64,000 bases of DNA from an uncultured Alphaproteobacteria bacterium (GCA_963807985.1 CAWEEA010000007.1:178120-242119), one strand, 5' to 3'. Positions 47,305 through 59,438 are shown, numbered from the stretch's first letter. Notes: a model not told the origin generated them from the sequence alone. Made by a program: numbers and translations.

Positions 47305-48356
47305 CCAGAAGCCGCCCACTGCCGCCGCGGCGCGAACACCGCGCCGGTCGAGACGAGAGTGAGGCGATTGGAGGGGCGGAGCATGTGCCAGTGCTGGTCG
47401 AGGCTGTCATCGATGTACTGTCGCCGCGCGACGACGCCCTCTATGTCGACGGCACATTTGGCGCCGGCGGTTATAGCCGGGGCGCTGCTCGCCGCAGCTG
47501 ATTGCCGTGTCGTCGCGATCGATCGTGATCCCGATGCGGTGCGGCGCGGCCGCGAGCTGGCGCGCGTCCCATGGCGGGCGGCTCGCCATCATCGAAGGGA
47601 ATTTCGGCGATATGGAGCGGCTGCTGGCGTCGCCGGGGTCGATGACGCCCGCGCCGATCGCCGGGATCGCGCTCGATCTCGGCGTCTCCTCTATCCAGCT
47701 CGACACTGCCGAACGCGGGTTTTCGTTCCGCTTCGATGGACCCCTCGACATGCGCATGAGCGGGGCGGGGCAGACCGCCGCCGATTTCGTCGCTACTCTC
47801 GCCGAGAGCGATCTCGCTCGCCTGATCCGCGAATTCGGCGAAGAGCGCTTTGCTCGCCGAATCGCCCGCGCGATCACCGCGGCCCGGCGGCTCCAGCCGA
47901 TCGGCCGTACCCTCGAACTCGCCCAGATCGTGCGCACCGCGGTGCCCAAGCCCGCGCCCGGGATTGACGCGGCGACGCGCACGTTCCAGGCACTGCGGAT
48001 CGCCGTCAACGACGAGCTCGGCGAACTCGATCGCGCGCTCGGCGCGGCCGAACGGCTGCTGATGCCGGGCGGACGGCTCGCCGTCGTGTCGTTTCATTCG
48101 CTCGAAGATCGGCGGGTCAAGGACTTCCTGCGGCAGCGCAGCGATAGCGGCACCTCGCGCCTCGCGCCACGAGCCGGTTCCCGCCACGGTTGCAGCGCCG
48201 AGCTTCCGGCTGCTGCATCGCCGGGCGCTCAAACCTGACATCGAGGAAATCGACCGCAACCCGCGTGCACGGGCGGCGCGGCTGCGCGCGGCGGAACGCA
48301 CCGCCGCCCCACCCTGGCCGCCGAGTCGCGACCGACAACAGCGGCACGCCGCATGA
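47301..48356 (+). pseudogene. rsmH: 16S rRNA (cytosine1402-N4)-methyltransferase RsmH with 3 frame switches as assembled
   Basis: [13 protein letters not shown]...[10 protein letters not shown] | [20 protein letters not shown] | [11 protein letters not shown]...[10 protein letters not shown]...[11 protein letters not shown] | [29 protein letters not shown]. Switches are near 47470, 47565 and 48185. The stop overlaps the ftsL ATG. Confidence 0.9.
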
Positions 48357-48724
48357 TCAAGCTCTCCGCACTGTTCTGGTTGCTATTGGTCTCGGCGACG
48401 GGCTTCGCAATGTTCGCGATCAAGTACGAGGTCCAGGCCGTCGCCGACCAGCTGGCCCAAACAACCAAACGGGCGGACGACGCCGAGCGCGACATCCGCG
48501 TCTTCGACGCAGAATGGGCTTATCTGAACCGGCCCGACGCGCTGGCCCAGATGAACCAACGCTATCTGTCTCTGGCGCCGATCGCGACGAAGCAACTGAT
48601 CGCCAATATAGCCGAGATTCCGATGCGACCGGCGCCGCCGCCGCGCGGCCGAGACAGCGGCTGCCGTCGCCGAAAACTCACACCCGCAGAACGTATCGCC
48701 CGCGGCATCCCCTCCTGCTTGTAG
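48353..48724 (+). CDS. ftsL: cell division protein FtsL (alphaproteobacterial type); C-terminal end uncertain
   Basis: [36 protein letters not shown]... gives a single TM helix followed by a coiled coil, in the canonical slot between rsmH and ftsI. The tail after ~residue 95 may be affected by an unresolved frame change. Confidence 0.7.
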   Translation: MIKLSALFWLLLVSATGFAMFAIKYEVQAVADQLAQTTKRADDAERDIRVFDAEWAYLNRPDALAQMNQRYLSLAPIATKQLIANIAEIPMRPAPPPRGRDSGCRRRKLTPAERIARGIPSCL

Positions 48725-48934
48725 AACAGCCGGCCGAAAGCACCAAGCCGCCGGCAGAAAAGCGGGGCCCCCGTCCTGACCGTCGCACTCGAAACCCGAA
48801 ATGCGACACCCGAGCCGGCGAGACCGGTGCCAACCAAGGCGACACCGCACCCGAACTCGGCAAACCGGGCCAAATCGCTCGATGAATTGATCGCGCAGAT
48901 CGCGGAGAACCGGTGATGAGCGCGGTCCACCAGT

Positions 48935-50692
48935 TTGACGACAATCCGTGCCGGCCGCGCCATTTCAAGCCGCCGCACTGCGCCCCGGTCGTTCCGGACG
49001 GTCCGGCAAGGCGAGCGCTCGACGGCTGCCGCGCCCGGCTCCTCGTCGCGACTGTCGTCATTCATCATGGTCTTTGCGGTCATCGCCGGGCGGCTCGTCC
49101 AGGTTACATTGCTGCCGGGCGCCGTCACCGTACCCTCTATTGCTCGCTTCCATCCGCCGCCGCCGCCCCGCCTGGCCGCGCCGACATTATCGACCGCGAA
49201 CGGCAAGCTGTTGGCGACGACACTGGACAGTCCCTCGCTTTACGCCAATCCGCGGCAGATCGTCGATGCCGCCGACGCGACGCGCAAACTCCTCGCCGCA
49301 CTGCCGGGTCTCGACCGCGCTCAACTCTTGGCCAAGCTGAACTCGGGCAAGGGTTTCGTATGGGTCAAGCGCCATCTGACCCCAGACCAGGAATATGCAG
49401 TCAACCAGCTCGGGATACCGGGGCTGCAATTCGAGCATGAGGAGCGCCGCGTCTACCCCTATGGCAATCTCCTGTCGCATGCGGTCGGCTATACCGGGAT
49501 CGACGACAACGGTCAGGCCGGGATCGAGCGCGGCCTCGACGATCAATTGCGCGGGCGCCAGGAGCCGCTGCAGCTGTCGATCGACCTGCGTCTGCAATAT
49601 ATCCTGCACGAAGAACTGCAGCGCGTGGTCGACGATTTCACCGCCAAGGGCGGCGACGGGCTGATCATGAACGTCAACACCGGCGAGGTCCTGGCGATGG
49701 TGTCCTTGCCGGATTTCGATCCGAGCCATCCCGGCACGCTCGATCCCAACCATCCGAACATTCCGGTGGCCGAGCGGATGTTCGACCGGGTCACGCTCGG
49801 CGATTACGAGATCGGCTCGGTGTTCAAGATCTTCACCACGGCGATGGGGCTCGATTCGGGCGCCACCACGATGACCGGGGTCTTCGACGCGACCCATCCG
49901 ATCCACATCGGGCGGTTCACGATCTCCGACTATCACGGCAAGCATCGCCCGCTGACCGTTCCCGAAATCCTGATGTATTCGTCGAATATCGGCGAGGCCA
50001 AGATCGCGCTTGCGGTCGGCGCCGATCGGCAGCAGGAATATCTGCGCCGATTCGGGCTGTTGACCTCGCCGAGTTTCGAGCTGAAGGAGATCGGCCGGCC
50101 GCACTTATCCGGCGAAGTGGCGCGAGGTCAACGTCATGACGATCGGCTTTGGCCACGGCATTTCCGAGACCCCGTTGCAGATCGCCAGCGCGAGCCTCGG
50201 CGCTGGTCAATGGCGGCGTGCTGCGCCCGGCGACCCTGCTCAAACTGCCGCCCGGCGATGCGCCGCAAGGCCGCCAGGTGATTTCGCGCGGAAACCTCGG
50301 AGCACATGCGCAAGTTGTTGCGCATGGTCGTCCTCTACGGGACCGGCGAAATGGTGGACGCGCCGGGCTATGTCGTCGGCGGCAAGACCGGCACCGCCGA
50401 CAAAGTCGAGGGCAAGCATTATGCCGAGCAGAAGTTGCTCTCGAGCTTTGTCGGCGTCTTCCCGATGACCGCGCCTAAATATCTGGTCCTGGTGATGGTC
50501 GACGAGCCGCATGGCACCAAGGCGAGCCACGGCTTCGCGACCGCCGGCTGGACCGCAGCCCCGGCGGTCGGCCGCACCATCGTGCGCATCGCGCCATTGC
50601 TCGGCGTGCAGCCAGTCGATGAATCCTCGCCGGCGATCGCGCAAGCGCTGACGCCCGAGAGCATGCAAGGCAAGCGGATTGAAGCTTACTGA
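48935..50692 (+). pseudogene. ftsI: peptidoglycan D,D-transpeptidase FtsI (PBP3) with at least 5 frame switches as assembled
   Basis: TM helix FIMVFAVIAGRLV. RADIIDR | NGKLLATTL is split near 49199. SxxK as IGSVFKIF. PAKWREVNVMTIGFGHGIS | ALVNGGVLRPATLL | MRKLLRMVV...GGKTGTADK. Switches are near 49100-49170, 49199, 50100, 50200 and 50295. The N-terminal start is uncertain. Confidence 0.85.
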
Positions 50693-52185
50693 GCTGATCG
50701 ACATCGCCGAATGCCCAGCCTGGCCCGGCCTCGCGAGGCGATCCGGAAATTGCCGGGATCACCGCCAATTCGCGCGCGGTACTTCCCGGCTTCCTGTTTG
50801 CTGCGCTGCCCGGCACGCGGCTCGACGGGCAGGTTATTCGCTGCCGATGCGGCGGCGCGCGGCGCGGTTGCGATCCTGACCGACGATGCTGCGGCGCTCG
50901 GCCTCGCGGCGGAAGACCGCGCGCGGGTCGCGATCGTCGCCGACCCGAACCCGCATCGCCGGCTGGCGCTGCTGGCGGCGCGCTTTTACGGCCGGCAGCC
51001 GCGAACCATCGCCGCCGTCACCGGGCACCAACGGCAAGACCTCGGTCGCCCATTTCATCCGTGAGATCTGGACCGCCGCCGGCCATCTCGCGGCGAGCCT
51101 CGGCACGCTCGGGTTGGTGACGTCCGTCCGGGCGCCGCCCGGGCGCGCTGACGACGCCCGACCCGGTCGCCCTCCATCGCGATCTCGCCGCGCTTTGCGC
51201 ACAAGGGATCGAGCATGTCGCGGTCGAGGCGTCGAGCCACGGTCTCGCCCAGTTTCGCCTCGACGGCCTGTCGGTCGCCGCTGCCGCCTTTACCAATTTG
51301 ACCCGCGATCATCTCGACTATCACCGCGACATGGCGCAATACCGCGCCGCCAAGGAACGGCTGTTTACCGCGCTGCTGGCGATCGGGGCAGCCGGCGGTG
51401 CTGAACCGTGACAGCGCCGAATTTCCGCGACTGGCGGCGCTGTGCCGCGACCGCGGCCATCCGGTTATCGGCTATGGCGGCGACCCAGCTGCCGAATTGC
51501 GGCTCGTCGCGGCGCGGCCGGGGACAGCGGCCAGCGCCTGGTCCTCGAGATCTTTGGGCGGCGCCACGAATTCTTGCTGCCGCTGCTCGGCGAGTTCCAG
51601 GCGATGAACGCGCTCTGCGCACTCGGTCTGGCGATTGCGACCGGTGTCCCGGCGGCGGCGGCGACTGCGGCGCTCGCACAGCTCACCGGGGTTCCGGCCG
51701 GCTCGAATTCGTCGCCGAGGCCAGCGGCGGGGGCCCGATCGTCGTCGATTACGCCCACACTCCCGATGCGCTTGCGACCGTGCTCGCGGCGCTGCGCCCG
51801 CATGCGCCGGGCCGGCTCGTGGCCGTTTTCGGCTGCGGCGGCGACCGCGATCCGGGCAAGCGGCCGCTGATGGGGCGCGTCGCAGCGGACGCCGCCGACC
51901 GGGTTTACGTGACCGACGACAATCCGCGCAGCGAAGATCCCGGCCGCGATCCGCCGCGCGATCCTTGCCGCCGCCCCAGGGGCGATCGAGATCGGCGACC
52001 GGCGCCGCGCGATCGAGACCGCGATCGCCGAACTCGGCACCCGGCGACCTGCTGGTCATCGCCGGCAAGGGCCACGAAACCGGCCAGATCATCGGCGGAC
52101 GAGACATTGCCGTTCGACGATGCTGAAATCGCCCGCGAAATCGCCGGCACGCTGCGGCCGAGCGTGCCGGCGGGCCAGCGGATGA
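50679..52185 (+). pseudogene. murE: UDP-N-acetylmuramoyl-L-alanyl-D-glutamate--2,6-diaminopimelate ligase MurE with ~11 frame switches as assembled
   Basis: The TTG start overlaps the ftsI end. Segments: MKLTELIDIAE | DPEIAGITANSR..LPGFLFAALPGTRLDG | RLFAADAAARGAVAIL...IAAVTG | TNGKTSVAHFIREIW | [14 protein letters not shown]...EASSHGL...[12 protein letters not shown] | LNRDSAEF... | [15 protein letters not shown]... | GRLEFV...[11 protein letters not shown]...FGCGGDRD...DDNPRSEDP | AAIRRAIL... | [12 protein letters not shown] | [11 protein letters not shown]. Confidence 0.85.
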
Positions 52186-53595
52186 CGCCGCTGTGGACCG
52201 CGGCCGACGCTGCGCGCGCGACTGGCGGGGCGGGCGCCGCCGATTGGGCGGCGACGGGTGTTTCGATCGATACCCGCACGCTGGCGGCGGGCGACCTCTT
52301 CGTCGCGCTGCGCGGCCCCAACCATGACGGCCACGATTTTGTCGCGGCGGCGTTCGAACGCGGCGCCGCCGCGGCGATGGTCGATCGCGACAGGTCGTCG
52401 GGCTGCCGCCGGGGGCGCCGCTGCTGCGGGTCGGCGACACGCTCGCCGGTCTCGGCGCGCTCGGCCGATTTGCCCGCGCCCGCAGCAGCGCGCGGATCAT
52501 CGCGGTGACCGGCAGCGTCGGCAAAACCGGGACCAAGGAGGCGCTGCGCTTGGCGCTCGGCGCCTGCGGCAGCGACTTTCGCCTCCGCCGGCAGCCTCAA
52601 CAATCACTGGGGGGTGCCGCTGTCGCTGGCCCGCATGCCGCCCGATGCGGCTTATGGCGTGTTCGAGCTCGGCATGAACCATCCCGGCGAGATCGCCGCA
52701 CTGACCCGCCTGGTGCGGCCCCACATCGCGGTGATCACGACCGTCGAGCCGGCGCATCTCGGTTTTTTCGGCTCGGTCGAGGCGATCGCCGACGCCAAGG
52801 CCGAGATCTTTCTCGGGCTCGAACCGGGCGGGAGTCGCCGTCCTCAACCGCGACAATCCGCATTATCCGCGCCTTGCCGCATGGGCTGAGCGCGCGGGGG
52901 TGGATCGAAGTGATCAGCTTCGGCGCCGATCCCGAGGCCACAGTCCGGCTCGTCGATTGCTGTGCTGGAGCCTGACGGCAGCACGATCGCGGCAAGATGT
53001 TGGGGCGTTCCCGTGCGCTTCCGTTTGCCCGTCCCCGGCCGGCACTGGGTCATGAACGCGCTCGCCGTGCTGGGCGCAACGATGGCGGCCGGCTGCGATG
53101 TCCGATTTGCGGCCGAAGGCGCTCTTGGGCCTCGAAGCGATGCCGGGCCGAGGCCGCCGCCATCGGCTGGCTTGGCGGGGCGGGATCTTGACCCTGATCG
53201 ACGAGAGCTACAATGCGAGCCCGGCGGCGATGGAGGCCGCCATTGCGGTGCTCGCCGCGACTTTGCCAGCGGCCGGCGGCCGGCGGGTGGCGGTGCTGGG
53301 CGACATGCTCGAGCTCGGCGATGCGACCGAGCGTTTCCATCGCAATCTGGCAGCACCTCTTGCCGCGGCCGGGGTCGATCGCGTGTTCCTGGTCGGCAAA
53401 GCGATGGCGGCGCTGCACGAGGTCCTGCCCGCGGCCAGCCGGGGCGGATTGTGGCCGTCTGCCGATCAGGCTATCCCTGCGCTGTTAAGCTTTCTTCAGT
53501 CCGGCGACGTCGTGACGGTCAAAGGCTCCTACGGCGTGCATGTCGGCCGCATCGTCGAGCGGCTGATCGCCGAATCGGCGCGACGCGAGACCTGA
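52182..53595 (+). pseudogene. murF: UDP-N-acetylmuramoyl-tripeptide--D-alanyl-D-alanine ligase MurF with 6 frame switches as assembled
   Basis: [16 protein letters not shown]...[26 protein letters not shown] | [17 protein letters not shown]...[15 protein letters not shown] | TFASAGSLNNHWGVPLSL...ELGMNHPGEI | VAVLNRDNPHY | EVISFGADPEA | LEPDGSTI...GRHWVMNAL | ...LIDESYNASPAAM...GDMLELGD... Confidence 0.85.
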
Positions 53596-53599
53596 TCTG

Positions 53600-54690
53600 A
53601 TGCTTTATCGGCTGCTCTACCCGCTCGCGGACCAGTTCCAGGCTTTCAACCTGTTCCGCTACATCACCTTTCGCTCGGGCGGAGCGGTCGTCACCGCGCT
53701 GTTGATCAGCTTTCGTCTTTGGCCGGCCGATCATCGCCTGGCTGCGCTCAAAGCAGACCAACGGTCAGCCGATCCGCCTCGACGGCCCCGCCGGGCATCT
53801 GGTCCGCAAAAAGGGAACGCCGACGATGGGCGGCTTCCTGATCCTGCTGGCGCTGACGGTCGCGACCTTGCTGTGGGCGGATTTGACCAACCCCTATGTC
53901 TGGATCGTGCTGCTGGTCACCGTCGGGTTCGGGCTGATCGGCTTTTTTGACGACTATAAAAAGCTGACCAGCAATTCGCATCGCGGGCTGTCCGGGTCGA
54001 CCAAGATCGTGCTCGAAATCGGGGTCGGCGTGCTCGCCTGGCATCGCGCTCGGCTATGTGACCCCGGCGCCGCTGGCGAACACGCTCGCCGTGCCGTTTT
54101 TCAAAAACGTGCTGATCCCTCTCGACGGGCTGTTCGTGCCGTTCGGCGTCCTCGTCATCATCGGCGCGTCGAACGCGGTCAACCTGACCGACGGGCTCGA
54201 CGGGCTCGCGATCGTGCCGGCGATGATCGCCGCCGGCTGCTTCGCGCTGATCGCCTATTTCGTCGGCAATGCGGTCTTCGCCAACTACCTGCAGATCCAC
54301 CATGTTCCGGGGGCCGGCGAGCTGACCGTGTTTTGCGGCGCCATGGTCGGCGCCAGCCTCGGTTTTCTGTGGTTCAACGCTCCGCCGGCGATGGTCTTCA
54401 TGGGCGACACCGGGTCGCTGTCGATCGGCGGCGCGCTCGGGACGATCAGCGTCGTCACCAAGCACGAGCTGGTGCTCGCGATCATCGGCGGGCTCTTCGT
54501 GCTCGAGGCGGTGTCGGTCATCGTCCAGGTCGCCAGCTTCAAGATCACCGGGCGGCGCGTCTTCCGGATGGCGCCGCTGCACCATCACTTCGAGCAAAAG
54601 GGCTGGGAGGAGCCGACGATCGTCATCCGCTTTTGGATCATCGCCTCGATCCTGGCGATCGCCGGGCTCGCCACCTTGAAGCTGCGGTGA
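53600..54690 (+). pseudogene. mraY: phospho-N-acetylmuramoyl-pentapeptide-transferase MraY with 2 frame switches as assembled
   Basis: MLYRLLYPLADQFQAFNLFRYITFRSGGA...LLISF | [14 protein letters not shown]...GTPTMGG...DDYKKL... | GIALGYV...[13 protein letters not shown]...FMGDTGSL...HHHFE. Switches are at TTT 53711-53713 and near 54040. Confidence 0.9.
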
Positions 54691-54824
54691 TGCGCGATGA
54701 CCGATGGGGGGATCGCACAAATAGTAGCTAGATGCGGCCACAGCCGCTATATATCCTCTCTCGACGAGGGTCGGGGGGCTGGGTCCGGTGGCGAGCCTTG
54801 CCCGAACGGCGAGGATCGATCCCG

Positions 54825-55945
54825 ATGAGGTTCGCCCGCATCGATCAGAGCCCGGTGGCGCGCTGGTGGTGGACCGTCGATCGATGGAGCCTCGCCGCGC
54901 TCTGCGTCCTGATGGGTTTCGGCGTGCGTCATGAGCCTGGCGGCGAGCCCGGCGGTCGCCGAGCGAATCGGCTATGACGGCATGCATTTCGTCCGCCGTT
55001 ATCTCGCCCTCCTGCCGGTTACGATCGGCGTGATGTGGCTGGTCTCGCTGCAAACGCCGCGGACGGTCCGCCGCATCGCCTTTATCGTCTTCGGCATCGG
55101 ACTCGTGCTGCTGGCGCTGACTTTTGTCGTCGGCGCCGAGATCAAGGGGGCGCGCCGATGGATCAATCTGCCGTTGCTGTCGTTGCAGCCCTCCGAATTT
55201 GTCAAGCCCGTGCTTTGCCGTCGTCGCCGCCTGGCTGTTCTCCGAGCAAAAGCTGCGCCGGGGCTTTCCGGGCAACCTGATCTCTGCGGCATTGTTGCTG
55301 CTGATCGTCGGGATGCTGATCGCGCAGCCCGATATCGGCATGGCGGCGGTGGTGGCGACAGTATGGTTCGGACAATTTTACATGGCCGGTCTGCGGCTCT
55401 ATTGGGTCGTGTTGTTCGGCCTCGGCGGGATTGGTGCGCTGGCCGGCGCCTATACTTGCTTGCCGCATGTCAGGGTTCGGGTCGATCATTTCCTCGATCC
55501 GGCAGCCGGCGACAGCTATCAGGTCAACCGCTCGCTCGAAGCATTCGCCAATGGTGGATTGTGGGGGCGCGGCCCGGGCGAGGGCACGATCAAATATGTG
55601 CTGCCCGACGCGCACGCCGATTTCGTGTTCGCCGTTGCCGGCGAGGAATTGGGGCTGATCGTCTGCCTTGTCGTCGTCGGGCTGTTTGCCTTTGTCGTGC
55701 TGCGCGGGTTTTCGCGGCTGCGCCAGGAGGGCAGCCTGTTCGTGCTGCTGTCGGCGACCGGCCTGTTGATCCAATTCGGGCTTCAGGCGGTCATCAACAT
55801 GGCCTCGACCTTGCACATGATGCCGACCAAGGGGATGACCTTGCCGTTTTTGTCTTATGGCGGCTCCTCGATGCTCGCGCTCGGGTTGGGGATGGGGATG
55901 CTGCTGGCGCTGACCCGCCGCCGGCTAGCGGGAAGCGCTCTGTGA
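54825..55945 (+). pseudogene. ftsW: peptidoglycan glycosyltransferase / cell division protein FtsW with 2 frame switches as assembled
   Basis: MRFARIDQSPVARWWWTVDRWSLAAL | MSLAASPAVAER...LQPSEFVKPV | FAVVAAWLF...PDAHADFVFAV...PTKGMTLPFLSYGGSS. Switches are near 54928 and 55212. Confidence 0.9.
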
Positions 55946-57058
55946 GCACGCGCTGTTGCTCTCGCCGCAGGCGGCACCGGCGGGCACTTGTTCCCGGCCG
56001 AGGCGCGTGGCAGCCGAACTGGTCGAACGCGGCCGGCAGGTGCATCTGCTGACCGATTCGCGAGCCGATGCCTTTGCCCGGGCGTTCCCGGCGTCGCGAT
56101 CCACAGCGTGCGTGCCGGAAGGCTCGGCGGCGGGCCGGTTCGCGCCGCCTACGGCCTGGCCGAGCTGGCGGCCGGTGCCGTTCAGGCACGCCGGCTGCTG
56201 CGCCGGCTGTCGCCGCAGGCGGTCATCGGCTTTGGCGGCTATCCGTCGGTGCCGACGATGCTGGCGGCGGCGTCGCTTGGACTGGCGACCCTGATCCACG
56301 AGCAGAATGCGGTCCTCGGCCGCGCCAACCGGCTGCTGGCGCCCCGGGTGCGGCGGATCGCCACCGGTTTCCCGAGACCGCCGGGATGCGCCCGGCCGAC
56401 CGAGCCCGCGCCGTCCATACCGGGAACCCGGTCCGGCAGGCGATCCTCGCCATCGGCGAGCCCGGCTATGAGCCGCCAGTGCCGGGCGGGACAGATCGAG
56501 CTGTTGATCCTCGGCGGCAGCCAAGGCGCTCATGTTCTGAGCGAGATCGTGCCGCCGGCCCTGGCGGCGTTGCCGCCGGGCATGCGCGCCGCGCTCAGGG
56601 TCAGCCAGCAGGCGCGCCCCGAGGATCTCGCCGCGGTTGCCGAAGCCTACGCCGAAACCGGCATCGCCGCAGAGATCGAAAGCTTTTTCGCCGATGTGCC
56701 GCAGCGGCTGGCGCGCGCGCATCTGGCGATCTGCCGGGCCGGCGCCTCGACCGTGGCCGAGCTCTCCGCTATCGGCCGGCCGGCATTGCTGATCCCTTAC
56801 CCGCACGCGACCGACGACCACCAGACCGCCAACGCCCAGGCTTTCGCCGCAGCCGGCGGCGGATGGGTCGTCGCGCAGGCGGATCTGCGCCCCGATACCC
56901 TCGCCGCTCGGCTGCAGGATCTGCTCGGTGACGGCGCTTCGCTGACTCGAGCGGCGCAGCGCGCGCAGGGCTTCGGCCGGCGCGATGCGGCCCGCCGTCT
57001 GGCGCTGCTGGCGCTGGCGCTTGAACCCGGCGACGCGTTCGAGGGGTATGCGGCATGA
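55942..57058 (+). pseudogene. murG: UDP-N-acetylglucosamine--N-acetylmuramyl-(pentapeptide) pyrophosphoryl-undecaprenol GlcNAc transferase MurG with 5 frame switches as assembled
   Basis: The GTG start overlaps the ftsW stop (GTGA). VSTR | AVALAAGGTGGHLFPAEA | AAELVERGRQVHLLTD | GVAIHSVRAG...GFGGYPSVP...HEQNAVLGRANR | ETAGMRPADRARAVHTGNPVR | QIELLILGGSQGA...ICRAGASTVAEL... Confidence 0.9.
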
Positions 57059-58481
57059 GGGCGTTGCCGCTGACCATCGGGCCGTTGCATTTTGTCGGCA
57101 TCGGCGGCATCGGCATGAGCGGCATCGCCGAGGTTCTGCACAATCTCGGCTATCGCGTGCAGGGCAGCGACCTCGCCGACGGCGCCAATGTCCGCCGCCT
57201 GGTCGAGCTCGGCATCCCGGTCGCGGTCGGGCACGACGCGGCCAATCTCGGCGCCGCCGAGGTCGTCGTGATCTCCTCGGCGGTCGCGCCCGACAACCCC
57301 GAAATCGCTCGCGGCCCGCGCGCGACGGCTGCCGGTCGTGCGGCGCGCCGAAATGCTGGGCGAGTTGATGCGGCTCAAATGGTCGCTGGCGGTCGCCGGC
57401 ACCCACGGCAAGACGACGACGACCTCGATGATCGGCGCTCTGCTCGAAACCGCCCAGCTTGATCCGACCGTGATCAATGGCGGCATCATCAACGCCTATG
57501 GCACCAATACCCGGCTCGGCGCCGGCGACTGGATGGTGGTCGAGGCCGACGAGAGCGACGGCACCTTCACCCGGCTGCCGGCGACAGGTCGCGATCGTCA
57601 CCAATATCGATCCCGAGCATCTCGATTTTTACGGCGGCTTCGACGCGCTGCGTCAGGCGTTCGAGACCTTTGTCGGCAACATTCCGTTCTACGGCTTCGC
57701 CGCGCTGTGCATCGATCACCCGGTCGTGCAGGGGATGATCCCCAAATTGTCGGATCGCCGCGTGCTGACCTACGGGATGAGCCCGCAGGCCGACATCCGC
57801 GCGGTCGATCTGCGGCTCGGGCGCGACGGGGCGCGCTACGACATCGTCGTTTCGGATAGCGTGACGGAGCGCGGACGGACGGTTCCGGACCTGTATCTGC
57901 CGATGTTCGGCCGGCACAACGTGCAGAATTCGCTGGCCGCGGCGGCGGTCGCCGAGGCGCTCGGGCTCGGCGACGACGCGCTGCGCGCGGCATTGCGCAA
58001 TTTTAAAGGGGTCAAGCGTCGCTTTACCAAGACCGGCGAATGGAACGGGGTGACGGTGATCGACGATTACGGCCACCATCCGGTCGAGATCGCGGCGGTA
58101 TTGAAGGCGGCGCGCGCGATCGTCTCGGGCAAGGTCATCGCGGTCGTGCAGCCGCACCGCTACAGCCGCGTGTCGCATCTGTTCGACGGGTTCTGCACCT
58201 GCTTCAACGATGCCGACATCGTTCTCGTCGCCGACATTTATGCCGCCGGCGAGGCGCCGATCGAGGGCGTAACAAGGGACGCGATCGTCGCCGGGCTGAT
58301 CGAGCACGGACATCGCAACGTGCGCGCGCTCGCCGACCCTGGCGATCTCGCGCCGCTGGTCGCCGAGCTGGCGCGGCCCGGCGACATGGTGGTGTGCCTC
58401 GGCGCCGGCTCGATCACCGCTTGGGCCAACAGCCTGCCCGGCGAACTCGCCGCCCTGGAAAATCGCGAGCGAAGCGGATGA
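57055..58481 (+). pseudogene. murC: UDP-N-acetylmuramate--L-alanine ligase MurC with 2 frame switches as assembled
   Basis: [17 protein letters not shown]... | [30 protein letters not shown]...EADESDGTF | [15 protein letters not shown]...DDYGHHP... Switches are near 57310 and 57585. ATGA overlaps at both ends. Confidence 0.9.
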
Positions 58482-59434
58482 TCGCGCTGCACGCGGAAGC
58501 TATATGCCCCGCCGATTGCGGCGCTTGGCCACGTGCGCGGCCGGCTGATCACGAATGCGCCGATCGGCCAAGCAGACCTGGTTCGGCGTCGGCGGACCGG
58601 CGGAAATACTGTTCCGGCCCGCCGATCGCGAGGACCTCGCCGCCTTCCTCGCGGCGTTGCCGCCGGAAGTTCCGGTAACGGTGATCGGCGGCGGCGCCAA
58701 TATACTGATCCGCGACGGCGGGCTTCCCGGCGTCACGATCCGCCTCGGCCGCGGTTTTGCCGGCAGTCGCCATCGACGGAAGCGAGGTCGTGGCCGGTGC
58801 CGGGGCGCTTCACCTCAACGTCGCGCTGGCTGCTGCCAAGGCCGGGATCGCCGGGCTTGAATTCCTCTCCGGAATCCCGGGGACGATCGGCGGCGGGTTG
58901 CGGATGAATGCCGGCGCCTATGGCCGCGAGATCAAGGATGTGCTGGTTTCGGCAACGGCGCTCGACCGCAGCGGCGCTTCCCACCTGATTGCGGTCGAGG
59001 CGATGGGGTTTTCCTATCGCCATTGCGGGGTCGACCCCGACTGGATTTTCGTCGAGGCGCGGCTGCGCGGCACCCACGGCGATCCGGCTACGATCGTGCG
59101 GCGGATGGCCGAGATCAGGCAGTCGCGCGAGGCGACTCAGCCGATCCGCACCCGCACCGGCGGCTCGACCTTCAAGAACCCGCCGGGCGACACGGCCTGG
59201 CGCCTGATCGACCTTGCCGGCTGCCGCGGTCTCGTGCGCGGCGGGGCGATGGTATCGCCGCAGCACGCGAATTTTCTGATCAACACCGGCGACGCCACCG
59301 CCGCCGATCTCGAAGGGCTCGGCGAGGAAGTGCGGCGCCGGGTCTACGAGGCGACCGGGGTCGTGCTCGAATGGGAAATCCGCCGGATCGGCCGCCCGCT
59401 TTCCGGGGTCGAGCCAATCGCTGAGGGGTGCTGA
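58478..59434 (+). pseudogene. murB: UDP-N-acetylenolpyruvoylglucosamine reductase MurB with 3 frame switches as assembled
   Basis: MIALHAEA... | [11 protein letters not shown] | [17 protein letters not shown]...[14 protein letters not shown] | [11 protein letters not shown]...[18 protein letters not shown]...GGSTFKNP. Switches are near 58500-58530, 58572 and 58760. Confidence 0.9.
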
Positions 59435-59438
59435 AGCG

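Noticed and set aside
48724-48935. Possible longer Pro/Ala/Lys-rich C-terminal extension of FtsL across the 48724-48935 gap
   Set aside because: Three frames give plausible low-complexity tails and there is no motif to anchor a choice. It cannot be resolved without an ortholog alignment.
52100-52190. Apparent in-frame MurE-MurF fusion: frame 0 runs from [16 protein letters not shown]... straight into the MurF ATG at 52182 with no stop
   Set aside because: An ATGA overlap at 52182-52185 indicates that the native murE stop is in the +1 frame. In a stretch with a frame switch every ~150 bp, one more indel is far more likely than a real bifunctional protein.
55925-57604. Very long antisense ORFs inside the dcw genes (559 aa at 55925..57604 minus; also 53917..55341 minus 474 aa, 61093..62664 minus 523 aa, 51472..52536 minus 354 aa)
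   Set aside because: They are Arg/Pro/Gly/Ala-rich low-complexity translations opposite genes with unmistakable motifs. These are typical shadow ORFs of GC-rich DNA, with no domain signal.
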